A stretch of 64,000 nucleotides of DNA from Longimicrobiales bacterium (GTDB lineage: Bacteria; Gemmatimonadota; Gemmatimonadetes; Longimicrobiales; Gaopeijiaceae). The number at the start of each line of letters is the position of its first letter. Position 1 is the stretch's first letter. The translations under genes and the position numbers were made by a program. The notes under the pieces were generated by a model. It ran no database searches and had not been told where the DNA came from. It was given only the letters and a program-made list of their open reading frames with translations. Positions 53,153 through 61,645 of the stretch are shown here, in pieces. The stretch covers positions 96,001-160,000 of the forward strand of contig CBDANQ010000061.1 in the NCBI GenBank assembly GCA_965197725.1. Direction: 5' to 3'.

Positions 53153-53230
53153 CGCCGTCCTCGCTGCAAAAACCCTCGTGTCCTCCTGATTTAACACAAC
53201 AGCGATGACCGGACTTTATCCACGGTCTGC
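51734..53230 (-). mobile_element. IS5/IS1182-like element, copy 1 (1497 bp)
   Basis: Imperfect IRs GCAGTCCGTGGAAGAA / TTTATCCACGGTCTGC; flanked by TA on both sides; near-identical copy at 56933. Confidence 0.92.
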
Positions 53231-53284
53231 TAAGAAGCTCTATTTTACCCGCACTCTTCAGGTTCGACGAAACCAGGAGCACCA

Positions 53285-53716
53285 ATGTCGGAGAATGGTG
53301 TCAGCCGAATCCGCGTGATCCTGCGGTGGATTCAGATCAAGGACAGCAAAGAAGTCGCGTGGGACGACGAGGGCGAGTTCCGCTTCCGTTCGAAGATCAC
53401 CACCAGCGGCGACAGCCACGAGGTGGCGTTCCCGGAACAGGGCCACTGGACCATCTCCGATCACCCCCGGCGCAACAAAGTCGACAAGATCGACAAGACT
53501 TTGTACGAAGGTGAGGCGGGGGAGAGCCTGACCGTAGAGCTCTTCGGCGTCGAATTGGACCAGCTGTCGGCCGACGATCAGCTGGCGGACTATCGGCGCG
53601 AGTTCTCCGGCCCCGCGTCCTCGTGGATCGGTCGTCACCAGCCGACCGACGAAGGCACGGGCGACCCTGAGAACATAGCCGACTGGCGTATCTGCTACGA
53701 CATCGAGCAGGCCTGA
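53285..53716 (+). CDS. Hypothetical acidic protein
   Basis: 143-aa ORF with SD AGGAG, followed by a hairpin. Confidence 0.75.
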   Translation: MSENGVSRIRVILRWIQIKDSKEVAWDDEGEFRFRSKITTSGDSHEVAFPEQGHWTISDHPRRNKVDKIDKTLYEGEAGESLTVELFGVELDQLSADDQLADYRREFSGPASSWIGRHQPTDEGTGDPENIADWRICYDIEQA

Positions 53717-53745
53717 GCCGCTACAGGCGCCTGCACGGTAAATCG

Positions 53746-53776
53746 AGGCCCGTCCGCATTCCGGGCGGGGCCTTTT
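53746..53776 (+). terminator. Probable terminator hairpin
   Basis: AGGCCCGTCCG-cattc-CGGGCGGGGCCT followed by TTT. Confidence 0.6.
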
Positions 53777-53800
53777 GCGTTCCCCGGAAGCTGCCTGGGC

Positions 53801-53829
53801 TCGACTTTCGGTCTTTATTCGGCTACCTT
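53801..53829 (+). promoter_or_regulatory. Sigma70-like promoter with TTCG-N7-TTCG in the spacer
   Basis: TCGACT(53801)-17 nt-TACCTT(53824); ATG begins 7 nt after the last base of the -10, with no SD. Confidence 0.62.
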
Positions 53830-53835
53830 GCCAAC

Positions 53836-54918
53836 ATGTCAGGCGCGCACCCCCTCCCCGTCCTCCACGGCCGCGCAACACCCTGGAATCCGCCCAACCG
53901 CTTCGAGCGGCTCCACATCGACCGCGAGGGCTGGACGGATCCTGACGATCCGCCGCCGCACACGGTTCTCCTGAACGACGCAGCTCGCTCGGTCCTCGCT
54001 TACAACGATTCGCCGGATGTGGGATTCAACGTGGGCATCAACCCCTACCGGGGCTGCGAGCACGCATGTGCCTACTGCTACGCGAGGCCCACGCACGAGT
54101 ACCTGGGCTTCTCCGCCGGACTCGACTTCGAGACGAAGATCTTGGTCAAGCGGGAAGCGCCAGAGCTGCTGCGAAAGGCGTTGTCGGCCAGGAAGTGGAA
54201 ACCGCAGGTGATCGGGTTGAGCGGCAATACCGATGCGTATCAGCCGGCGGAGCGGAGGCTGAGGATCACGCGCCGATGCCTGGAGGTGCTAGCCGAGTTC
54301 CGGAACCCGGTCGCAATCATCACAAAGAGTTACCTCGTCTCACGCGACGTGGACTTGCTGGCAGAGCTCGCCGAGCACAACGCCGTAGCTGTGGTGCTCT
54401 CCGTCACATCGCTGAACCGGGACATCCAGCGGGTCATGGAGCCGCGGGCCTCGATACCGGAGCGCCGATTGGGGGCGATCCGCGTGCTGGCGGAAGCAGG
54501 GATCCCCGTCGGCGTGAACGTAGCACCGGTCGTCCCGGGCCTCACCGACCACGAGTTGCCCGCCATTCTGGGAGCTTCCGCCGAGGCGGGAGCCTCGTTC
54601 GCCGGCTACATCCTGCTCCGCCTTCCCCACGGGGTGAAGGACATCTTCTCCACGTGGCTCGAGCAGCACTTCCCGGACCGCAAGGACAAGGTGCTCAACC
54701 GCGTGCGTGACATGAGAGGCGGCAAGCTGTATGACGGTCGGTACGATGTGCGAGGGAGGGGTGAAGGGCCCTGGGCACACCATCTCCGATCTCTCTTCCA
54801 GGTGACGAGCTCACGTCTGGGGCTCAACCGGCCTCCCGCGCTCTCCACCGCGTCATTCGTTCGGCCTCCAGACCCGGGAAAGCCCCAGATGGATCTGTTC
54901 GGGAGCGCGCTGGCCTAG
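53836..54918 (+). CDS. PA0069/Rv2578c-family (SplB-like) radical SAM protein
   Basis: INPYRGCEHACAYCYARPTHEYLG, FETKI, NTDAYQP, MEPRA; C-terminal QMDLF. Confidence 0.92.
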   Translation: MSGAHPLPVLHGRATPWNPPNRFERLHIDREGWTDPDDPPPHTVLLNDAARSVLAYNDSPDVGFNVGINPYRGCEHACAYCYARPTHEYLGFSAGLDFETKILVKREAPELLRKALSARKWKPQVIGLSGNTDAYQPAERRLRITRRCLEVLAEFRNPVAIITKSYLVSRDVDLLAELAEHNAVAVVLSVTSLNRDIQRVMEPRASIPERRLGAIRVLAEAGIPVGVNVAPVVPGLTDHELPAILGASAEAGASFAGYILLRLPHGVKDIFSTWLEQHFPDRKDKVLNRVRDMRGGKLYDGRYDVRGRGEGPWAHHLRSLFQVTSSRLGLNRPPALSTASFVRPPDPGKPQMDLFGSALA

Positions 54919-55853
54919 AACTCGGCTTGCCACTGTTCCTGACGAGCGCCGGGACTACGCTGGAAGGTCCACAGGAAGTTCGTGAAGCCCACGTCGTAGT
55001 CGGACAGCCCGTTTTGACCGGTAAGCTTCATGCGTTCCTCGTACATCATCTTCATGACGTGCGAGACCGAGCTCTCGTACACGCCGGCGTCGGGTCGAAG
55101 CGCGTGCAGCTCACTTGCCAGTTCCGAGCGCAGCTGGAGACCGTCCACGAGGTCGTGGTACTCCTGATGATCCTCGCCCGCGATCGACTTGAGCTGCCGG
55201 TGAAGACGCTCTGCGAGCGCAGACTGGACCATCAGTGGATCGCCTGAAGACATGAGCGCGAGGTAGGCTAGCACCTGGGCGTGAAGCTCTTTCCAGTAGC
55301 CCTTCCGGTGCACGAATTCGTGACAGATTACATGCGCCTCGAAAACGCCGGTGTCCCTGAACAGGGCGACGTCCCCCGAGATGATGTCACAGACTCCCAT
55401 CGCGAAGGGGAAGATCAGTTTGGCGAGCGTGAACTCCCGAACTTCGGAGCTGGTGTGCACGCGCTGGCCGGTGATGCTAGCCATGTACTCCGTGAGGTGC
55501 TCATTCACCGCCTTAGCGAGCTCGTCCCTCGGCACGCGTTCGTCGGTGTACATGTCGTTGAGTCGGGTCGCTAGCCTCGAAATCTCGTCCCGGCGAACGT
55601 CGTCGGGCATCTCTTGAAGGCTCTTGACGTCCGCGCCGAACTCGCGGTCGAAGTCGATCCACTTCATTTCGCGACGGCTCACCCAGTCCTTCACGGCGCT
55701 GCCAGCGTACATGCCGAGCGCGGCAGCGCTGAGAACTCTTCCGGGGAGGGTCGCGCCGAGCAGGAGCCTCGAGGCGAGGGGTGCGGTGGCGATGACGTCG
55801 GTCAGGGAGACCGGGGCGTACGTCGCGTCGTTGGGTATGCGGATCTCTTCCAT
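54915..55853 (-). CDS. DUF3810-like putative zinc metallopeptidase
   Basis: CHEFVHRKGYWKELHAQ (HExxH...E). Confidence 0.65.
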   Translation of the reverse strand: MEEIRIPNDATYAPVSLTDVIATAPLASRLLLGATLPGRVLSAAALGMYAGSAVKDWVSRREMKWIDFDREFGADVKSLQEMPDDVRRDEISRLATRLNDMYTDERVPRDELAKAVNEHLTEYMASITGQRVHTSSEVREFTLAKLIFPFAMGVCDIISGDVALFRDTGVFEAHVICHEFVHRKGYWKELHAQVLAYLALMSSGDPLMVQSALAERLHRQLKSIAGEDHQEYHDLVDGLQLRSELASELHALRPDAGVYESSVSHVMKMMYEERMKLTGQNGLSDYDVGFTNFLWTFQRSPGARQEQWQAEF

Positions 55854-55980
55854 GGAAGCCTATACGGCCTTCGGGGGGACAGAAGTTCCATCAGCGAAAA
55901 ACGCCGCCCGATTACGGGCGGCGCCAATCTGCACCGAACCTAGAAGGATCCGCGAACCAAGGGTCCGCGAGCAGAGCCAG

Positions 55981-56211
55981 TCAGCTCTGTTGGTTTTGTT
56001 CGATGCATTCGGCTTCGAACTCGGTCGGATGTACGACCTGGGGCTCTACCTGCTCGGTCCGAACGCCGATTTCCGGCTCGCCCACCGGTGCATCCTCCTG
56101 TGGAGCTGCGAGCGTCAGCAGCGCGACCATGAGCGGGACGCCCACCAGGGGCGCGCCGATGGCAGCCCACCACGGGGCTCCCTTCTTCTCACTGATATGT
56201 GCGTTGATCAT
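55981..56211 (-). CDS. Small membrane-anchored hypothetical protein
   Basis: 76 aa, single TM, acidic tail, G-rich SD upstream. Confidence 0.5.
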   Translation of the reverse strand: MINAHISEKKGAPWWAAIGAPLVGVPLMVALLTLAAPQEDAPVGEPEIGVRTEQVEPQVVHPTEFEAECIEQNQQS

Positions 56212-56929
56212 CGTCCCCCCCTCGCTTGCCGGAGGCCACCCCCGCCGCCTCCCTCACGTCCTCATACGTTCCAATCAGTCGGACAGTTTCGGATCGATGG
56301 TGTCCCGCTGACAGTTGAAGGTGGTGGCTCCGGAGAGTCTCCTTGTTAGCCTGCCTTTCTCATTTCGGCAACCGGTTCATGGTCGTCGAGGTGGGCCCTG
56401 AGCATCCAGAGCTGGTCGTAGCCGATGATCCTCCGGTAGCTCTTCTCGGTCTCCACGAACGAGGCCGCAGCCCAGCGCAAGGCCATCACTCCGTTCTTCC
56501 AGTTGGTCACCCTGCGGGTCTTCTGTCTTACGCCCGAGTGGGTGCTGTCGATCAGGTTGGTCGAGCCCAGGCACATCCTCAGCCGCGGCGGGAGGCCGAG
56601 CCGGTTGATCGTGAACATCTCGCTGAGGCCTTCGCGTAGGCTGGCCGAGGCCGAGGGGTGGTCGCGCTCGAGCCATCGGGCGAGCTGCTCGAGCTTCTGC
56701 TCGCCCTGCTTCGCGTCCAGCTTCATCGCCGCCCGGAACGCCGCCTTCACCTGAGGATGCTGATCCTTCGGCAGATGACCCAGCACGTTGCGGAGCTTGT
56801 GGTTGCGGCAGCGCTGGATGGGGTGACGTTGGCCGAACACCTTCTCGATCGCCTTCCTGAGCGCTTTCGAGCCATCGATCACGAACAGCCGCCGCCTGCC
56901 CGGGTCCAGGCCGCGCTCGACCAGATCCT

Positions 56930-58351
56930 CTAGCAGTCCGTGGAAGAAATAGGTTCCCAGCGGATGATGGGTGGGAGAGAAGGCAGACACGCGGGGGCTG
57001 TGTTGTTGTGCAAGAAGCGGGTTTTGGGGTCTGACGAGGCGATATTCGGCCCAAGGAAGGCGAAATAGCGCCGAATACGGCGGAAAAAGCGCGAGACGCG
57101 GGTTGTAACCTGAGTTGCGAGCGCAGCTTGTACGGTAGCGAGGCCCTGTAACGCACGGGGGGTTCCAACCCCGAACCGCTTGCGCATGAGAAGGCCGAGG
57201 TTGAAGGCCGCCGCGTGGATCAACATCCGTTTTCGAATCTCCTCCTGGCCCCGTATGTGGACGCGACGCAGCCCTCCGGTCACAAGCAAGTGCGCAAACC
57301 CCCGCTCCACCTTCTCGCCGCGCTGGCGCAGCAGCCGCATCCCCCGGTTGCCGCGGATCCGGCGGCGGTTGTCGTAGGTCGGCGTCTGCGCGTCCCGGTT
57401 GTTCTTCCATTTCCGGCGCCCGCGGTTGGGCTCGCTCACATAGCTGCGCAGCTCCCGCTCCTTCACGCCCGTCATGGTCTTGTTCGAGTGGTAGCCTTTG
57501 TCGGCCACCACTTCCTCGGGCTCTACCTGCACTACTTCCAGCTGCCGCTCTGCCTCGTCCAGCGTGTTGGGCAGCGACGCCACATCTCCCCCGTCCATCG
57601 TCTGCACCGTCACCGCCACAAGCGCACCGGTCTCCATGTCGACCGCCTGCTCCAACTTGTGCGCCAGGCGCGTCCTGCCGTCCTTCATCTTCGTGATCCG
57701 CGCCTCCGGGTCGTGCGGATGCACCCAGTCCTTGTTCGAGCCCTTCTTCGGACGCTTCCGGTCCAGCGTCGTCAGATCCTTGCGCGTCGGCGTCTCGATC
57801 CCCGACGCCCGGGCCACCTGCTGCAGCCATTCATCGTAGCCCAACCCGTCGTCGCGCCGCACGATCGTGCGCATCGCCGCATTCGCCTCCAGCGTCGTCG
57901 AGTCGACGCCCAGCGTCTTGCCGCTCAGCAACCCCGACCCCTTCAGCAGCTCCAGCACCCGCCCGAACACCGCCGCGTGCGCTTCCACGCTCAGGCGCTT
58001 GCGCGTCTTCGACAGGGTCGAATGCTCCGGCGGGTTCTTCGCCCACCCGTATCCCAGAAACTCACGCAACGACAACGAGTCCCCACACCGCCAGGCAATG
58101 CCCCGCTCCGAGCCGATCCCTTCCAGGTAGCCCACCATCATCATTCGGAAATACACCCCGGGAGCAATCCCCGGCCGACCCCGATTGTCCGCGTAGAACT
58201 CACGGCATGCCTCTTCCGCGAACTCGTCAAACCCGCTTTTCGCCAGAAGCTCGTTCAAGGCCCAGTAGAACGGGTTGTCCAAGGCCCGAATCTCGCTCGC
58301 CACCACGAACATCTCGCCCTGCCGAGCCTCGGGCCGCTTGCCTACCGCCAT
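56930..58351 (-). CDS. DDE transposase, copy 2
   Basis: Protein identical to copy 1 except R>W and E>Q. Confidence 0.9.
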   Translation of the reverse strand: MAVGKRPEARQGEMFVVASEIRALDNPFYWALNELLAKSGFDEFAEEACREFYADNRGRPGIAPGVYFRMMMVGYLEGIGSERGIAWRCGDSLSLREFLGYGWAKNPPEHSTLSKTRKRLSVEAHAAVFGRVLELLKGSGLLSGKTLGVDSTTLEANAAMRTIVRRDDGLGYDEWLQQVARASGIETPTRKDLTTLDRKRPKKGSNKDWVHPHDPEARITKMKDGRTRLAHKLEQAVDMETGALVAVTVQTMDGGDVASLPNTLDEAERQLEVVQVEPEEVVADKGYHSNKTMTGVKERELRSYVSEPNRGRRKWKNNRDAQTPTYDNRRRIRGNRGMRLLRQRGEKVERGFAHLLVTGGLRRVHIRGQEEIRKRMLIHAAAFNLGLLMRKRFGVGTPRALQGLATVQAALATQVTTRVSRFFRRIRRYFAFLGPNIASSDPKTRFLHNNTAPACLPSLPPIIRWEPISSTDC

Positions 58352-58429
58352 CGCCGTCCTCGCTGCAAAAACCCTCGTGTCCTCCTGATTTAACACAACA
58401 GCGATGACCGGACTTTATCCACGGTCTGC
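56933..58429 (-). mobile_element. IS5/IS1182-like element, copy 2 (1497 bp)
   Basis: Same IRs as copy 1; empty site CCTCTAGGAG is visible in the intact IS256 at ~62277. Confidence 0.93.
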
Positions 58430-59272
58430 TAGGAGCGCGCTGGTCACCTCGGCGTTCTCACTCGCTCCTTCCCTCACGCCCAGCACGTGCTTCTTTCCGT
58501 CTGAGTCCACGCCTACCGCAGCAAGCACGTGGTGCGAGCCCATCTGGATCCCGTCCAGGTAGATCACCAGGAGGTCCCACGCATCCAGCCGGCGCTCCAT
58601 CAGCTCCTTCAGCACGCGCTCCGAGGCCTCGACCGTCTCACGGCTCACCGCCGACTTGCTCACCCCGACCGTGTCGGCCATCTCACCGATCACACGGCCG
58701 TACTTTCGCGTGCTCACCCCCGCCATCAGGACCTCGAGCATCCGATCCGCCACGGCGCCCGGTCTCCGCATCGCTGCGTACGCCGGCACCTCGACCTCGC
58801 CACCCTCCCCGGCGCCCCGGCGCCTGAGCCGTGGCCGCTCCACACGCACCTTCCGGTCCGACAGGTAAACCACACCACCCTGCCGGCCATACCACACCGT
58901 GTCGTCTTCCGCTCGTGACCGACCTGCCTGCTTCACGCCTGCCACACCCTCGGCGCTCATCTCCAGCACCGCTTCGATCGTCGCTCGTCCCATCACCTGG
59001 ATGACTTCGTCGATCGCGACCTCCGTCTGCTCCACGAGCTCAAGCATCGGAAGCAGAAACTGCCCCTCCCGCTTCAGGAACTCCCTGATCGCGCGCTTGT
59101 CCGCCCGATCCCTTACCTCGTACGTTCTCTTCATCGTGGTGGCTCCGTGTTGGGGTTTTTGCCTACCCGAGCCTATCGGCCCGGGACCCCCGGAGCCACC
59201 ACTTTTCTTTCTCCCCTATCAGGGACCTTCAACTACGGTTGGGACAGCTTCAATTCCGGCCTCCCAACGCGG

Positions 59273-59306
59273 AGGCCCCGCAACCGCCTAAACGGTTACG
59301 GGGCTT
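59273..59306 (-). terminator. Hairpin, probably the original element downstream of tRNA-Arg
   Basis: AGGCCCCGCAACCG-cctaaa-CGGTTACGGGGCTT; lies ~20 bp from the tRNA once the IS21 is removed. Confidence 0.5.
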
Positions 59307-59470
59307 CCCCTTGTTAGCGGCCTTCCAATATTGCACACATGTGGCCATCGAAAATTGCACACTTGGCGCTTTGACCTAGCGGGCGGGAGAGTGGGGATGT
59401 AGGCACCACCCCGAGCGATCTTCCGGCCGATCCACTCACTTGGCGCCTCCACCGAGAACGTGGAGGTGCA

Positions 59471-60499
59471 ATGATCGGAAGGGAGAAGCGCGTGCTGCTC
59501 CGTCATTACCTCGAGCAGGGGATGAACAAGGCGGTGATCGCCCGGGATCTGGGGGTCAGTCGCCGTACCGTGTACCACTGGATAGAGACCGGTCAACTGG
59601 ACCGGGAGTTGGACGAAGAGCGTGTCGGGTACGGTCCGAGATGTCTGATGCCGTCGAAGCTGGATCCGTACAAGCCGTTGATCGACACGCGTCTCAAGGA
59701 GTACCCGAAGCTCACGGCTGTACGGCTCTTCAAGGAGGTCCGGGCCGCTGGCTACCCGGGCAGTTACAACCAAGTGAAGCGCTATGTACGCAAGGTCCGG
59801 CCTCGACCCCCAGAGGAGCCGGTCGTGCGCTTCGAGACGGCGCCTGGGCGTCAGGGCCAGGTGGACTTCGCCCACTTCCGGCTACCGTGGGGCAAGCGTT
59901 ACGCACTAATCGTCGTGCTGGGCTACTCGAGGCTGCTGTGGGTTCAGTTCTACACCCGGCAGACCATGAAGGCCCTGATGCATGGCCTGGAGTCTTCGTT
60001 TTCCTACTTCGGCGGCGTGCCCTCAGAGCTTCTGTTCGACCAAATGAAGGCGGTCGTCATCGAGGACGGTCGATACGACGATGGTGCCCTCGTCGAGAAC
60101 CCGGAGTTCATGCGCTACGCCTACCACTGGAACTTCAGGATCCGCGCGTGCCGACCCTATCGGGCTCAGACCAAGGGCAAGGTGGAGCGGCCGATCCGCT
60201 ACCTCAGGGAGAGCTTCTTCTACGGGCGCACCTTCACGTCGGACGACGATCTCAACGCGCAGGCCCTTCATTGGCTTGAGACGGAAGCCAATGTGCGCAG
60301 CCACGGAACGCTGAAGGAGCGGCCCCTCGATCGCTTCGAGCGTGAACGACTGCTCCTCGAGCCCTTGGCGACTCGCCCGTATCACCCCCTCGTCCTGCCT
60401 CCGGATCGCTCCTCACCCGGCACGACGTCCTTGCCGGCCATCCACGTCGAGCGACGTCCCCTCACGGCCTATGCCCAGATCGCGGGAGGGGACCGATGA
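59471..60499 (+). CDS. istA: IS21 transposase
   Basis: HTH IARDLGVSRRTV, RFETAPGRQGQVDF, LGYSR, DQMK, TKGKVER. Confidence 0.95.
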   Translation: MIGREKRVLLRHYLEQGMNKAVIARDLGVSRRTVYHWIETGQLDRELDEERVGYGPRCLMPSKLDPYKPLIDTRLKEYPKLTAVRLFKEVRAAGYPGSYNQVKRYVRKVRPRPPEEPVVRFETAPGRQGQVDFAHFRLPWGKRYALIVVLGYSRLLWVQFYTRQTMKALMHGLESSFSYFGGVPSELLFDQMKAVVIEDGRYDDGALVENPEFMRYAYHWNFRIRACRPYRAQTKGKVERPIRYLRESFFYGRTFTSDDDLNAQALHWLETEANVRSHGTLKERPLDRFERERLLLEPLATRPYHPLVLPPDRSSPGTTSLPAIHVERRPLTAYAQIAGGDR

Positions 60500-61338
60500 A
60501 GGCTGCCGCTCGCTCTCGCCGTGACCGGATCCGAGCCCAGCTCGCCGATCTCAAGATGCCCGGTGCGCTGGAGGCCATCGACGACGTCCTCACCGGGGTC
60601 GATGGCGGAGGCGTGACGGCCTCGGAGGCCATCGAGCAACTCCTCGGTGCCCAGATCACGCTGCGCAACAACCGCCGCCTTCAGGCTGCGATGCGCTCGA
60701 GCCGGCTACCGGGCATCAAGACCCTCGACGACTTCGACTTCAGCTTCCAGCCCTCGATCAAGCGCGAGCAGATCGACTCGCTCCACGAGCTCGGCTTCTT
60801 GGAGCGTAAGGAGAACGTGATCTTCCTCGGCCCTCCGGGCGTCGGCAAGACGCATCTCGCGATCAGCCTCGCCATTGCCGCGGCTCAGAGCGGGCGCAGA
60901 GTCTACTACGGCGCTCTGGCCGACCTCATCACCTCGCTCGAAGAAGCCAAGACCACCGGCCAGCTGGGACGCCGCCTCAAGATCCTCACCTATCCTTCGC
61001 TCCTGGTCATCGACGAGATCGGCTACCTGCCGGTCAGCCAGACCGGCGCAATGCTCTTCTTCCAACTCATCAACCGGCGCTATGAGCGCGCATCCACTGT
61101 GCTGACCTCCAATAAAGGCTTCGAGGAGTGGGGCCAGATCTTGGGCGACGAGGTCATGGCCGCTGCGCTCATCGATCGCCTGCTGCATCACTGCCATATC
61201 GTCAACATCCGCGGCAGCAGCTACCGGATGCGCAAGCACACCGACCTCTCCAAGATCCTCCACTCGCCTCCTGCGGAGTCGAGCCCTTCACCCCCGAAGA
61301 GAAAGAGAGCAAGAGCAAAGGAGAAAACGACGAACTAG
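60496..61338 (+). CDS. istB: IS21 helper ATPase
   Basis: LDDFDFSFQP, GPPGVGKTHLA, IDEIGY, TSN, DRLLHH. Confidence 0.96.
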   Translation: MKAAARSRRDRIRAQLADLKMPGALEAIDDVLTGVDGGGVTASEAIEQLLGAQITLRNNRRLQAAMRSSRLPGIKTLDDFDFSFQPSIKREQIDSLHELGFLERKENVIFLGPPGVGKTHLAISLAIAAAQSGRRVYYGALADLITSLEEAKTTGQLGRRLKILTYPSLLVIDEIGYLPVSQTGAMLFFQLINRRYERASTVLTSNKGFEEWGQILGDEVMAAALIDRLLHHCHIVNIRGSSYRMRKHTDLSKILHSPPAESSPSPPKRKRARAKEKTTN

Positions 61339-61423
61339 AGGCTCGTCACCTCCGCCAAGTGTGCAATTTTCGATGGCCAGACCTGTGCAGCTTTCGATGG
61401 CCGTTGACATCCCCTTCCACAAA

Positions 61424-61497
61424 CGCGCCTGGCAGGACTCGAACCTGCGACATTCGGCTTAGAAGGCCGATGCTCTATCCAGCTGAGCTACAGGCGC
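61424..61497 (-). tRNA. tRNA-Arg(TCT)
   Basis: GCGCCTG-TA-GCTC-AGCTGGATA-GAGC-A-TCGGC-CTTCTAA-GCCGA-ATGTC-GCAGG-TTCGAGT-CCTGC-CAGGCGC-G; full cloverleaf, CCA not encoded. Confidence 0.97.
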
Positions 61498-61645
61498 AAA
61501 GCGATACATGTTGTTGCAGCCGTAGTGCTTCCGCGTGCCATCGGGAACGCTCCCCGCGTCGGCCAGACCGGGGTGTGTAAGAAACTGTGTAAGTCCAGGT
61601 CGTGATTTTCAAGACACAGCAAGCACTGGCCTGCGGTCCTCCAGT

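Larger units (their letters stand above)
56346..59134 (-). pseudogene. IS256 transposase split by nested IS (58430-59134 and 56346-56930)
   Basis: The two halves join at SALL|EDLVERG, matching the intact copy at 61696-62985. Confidence 0.92.
56296..59251 (-). mobile_element. IS256-family element, copy 1, interrupted by IS5/IS1182-like copy 2
   Basis: Ends GATGGTGTCCCGCTGACAGTTGAAGG / CCTTCAACTACGGTTGGGACAGCTTC; 2956 bp = 1457 + 1497 + 2; no target duplication. Confidence 0.92.
59312..61409 (+). mobile_element. IS21-family element
   Basis: TG...CA ends with internal repeats (GGCCATCGAAAATTGCACAC); 6-bp TSD TCCCCT at 59306-59311 and 61410-61415. Confidence 0.95.

Noticed and set aside
53836..54918. 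ArsS radical SAM for the 25.8-30 kb operon
   Set aside because: Motifs fit the PA0069/SplB-like family and it lies 24 kb away
56346..57830. 494-aa ORF as a novel fusion transposase
   Set aside because: Alternate-frame read-through from the nested IS into the 3' half of the IS256 transposase
51734..58429. Composite transposon formed by the two IS5/IS1182-like copies
   Set aside because: Each copy has its own target duplication and copy 2 lies inside an IS256 with both halves present, so they are independent insertions
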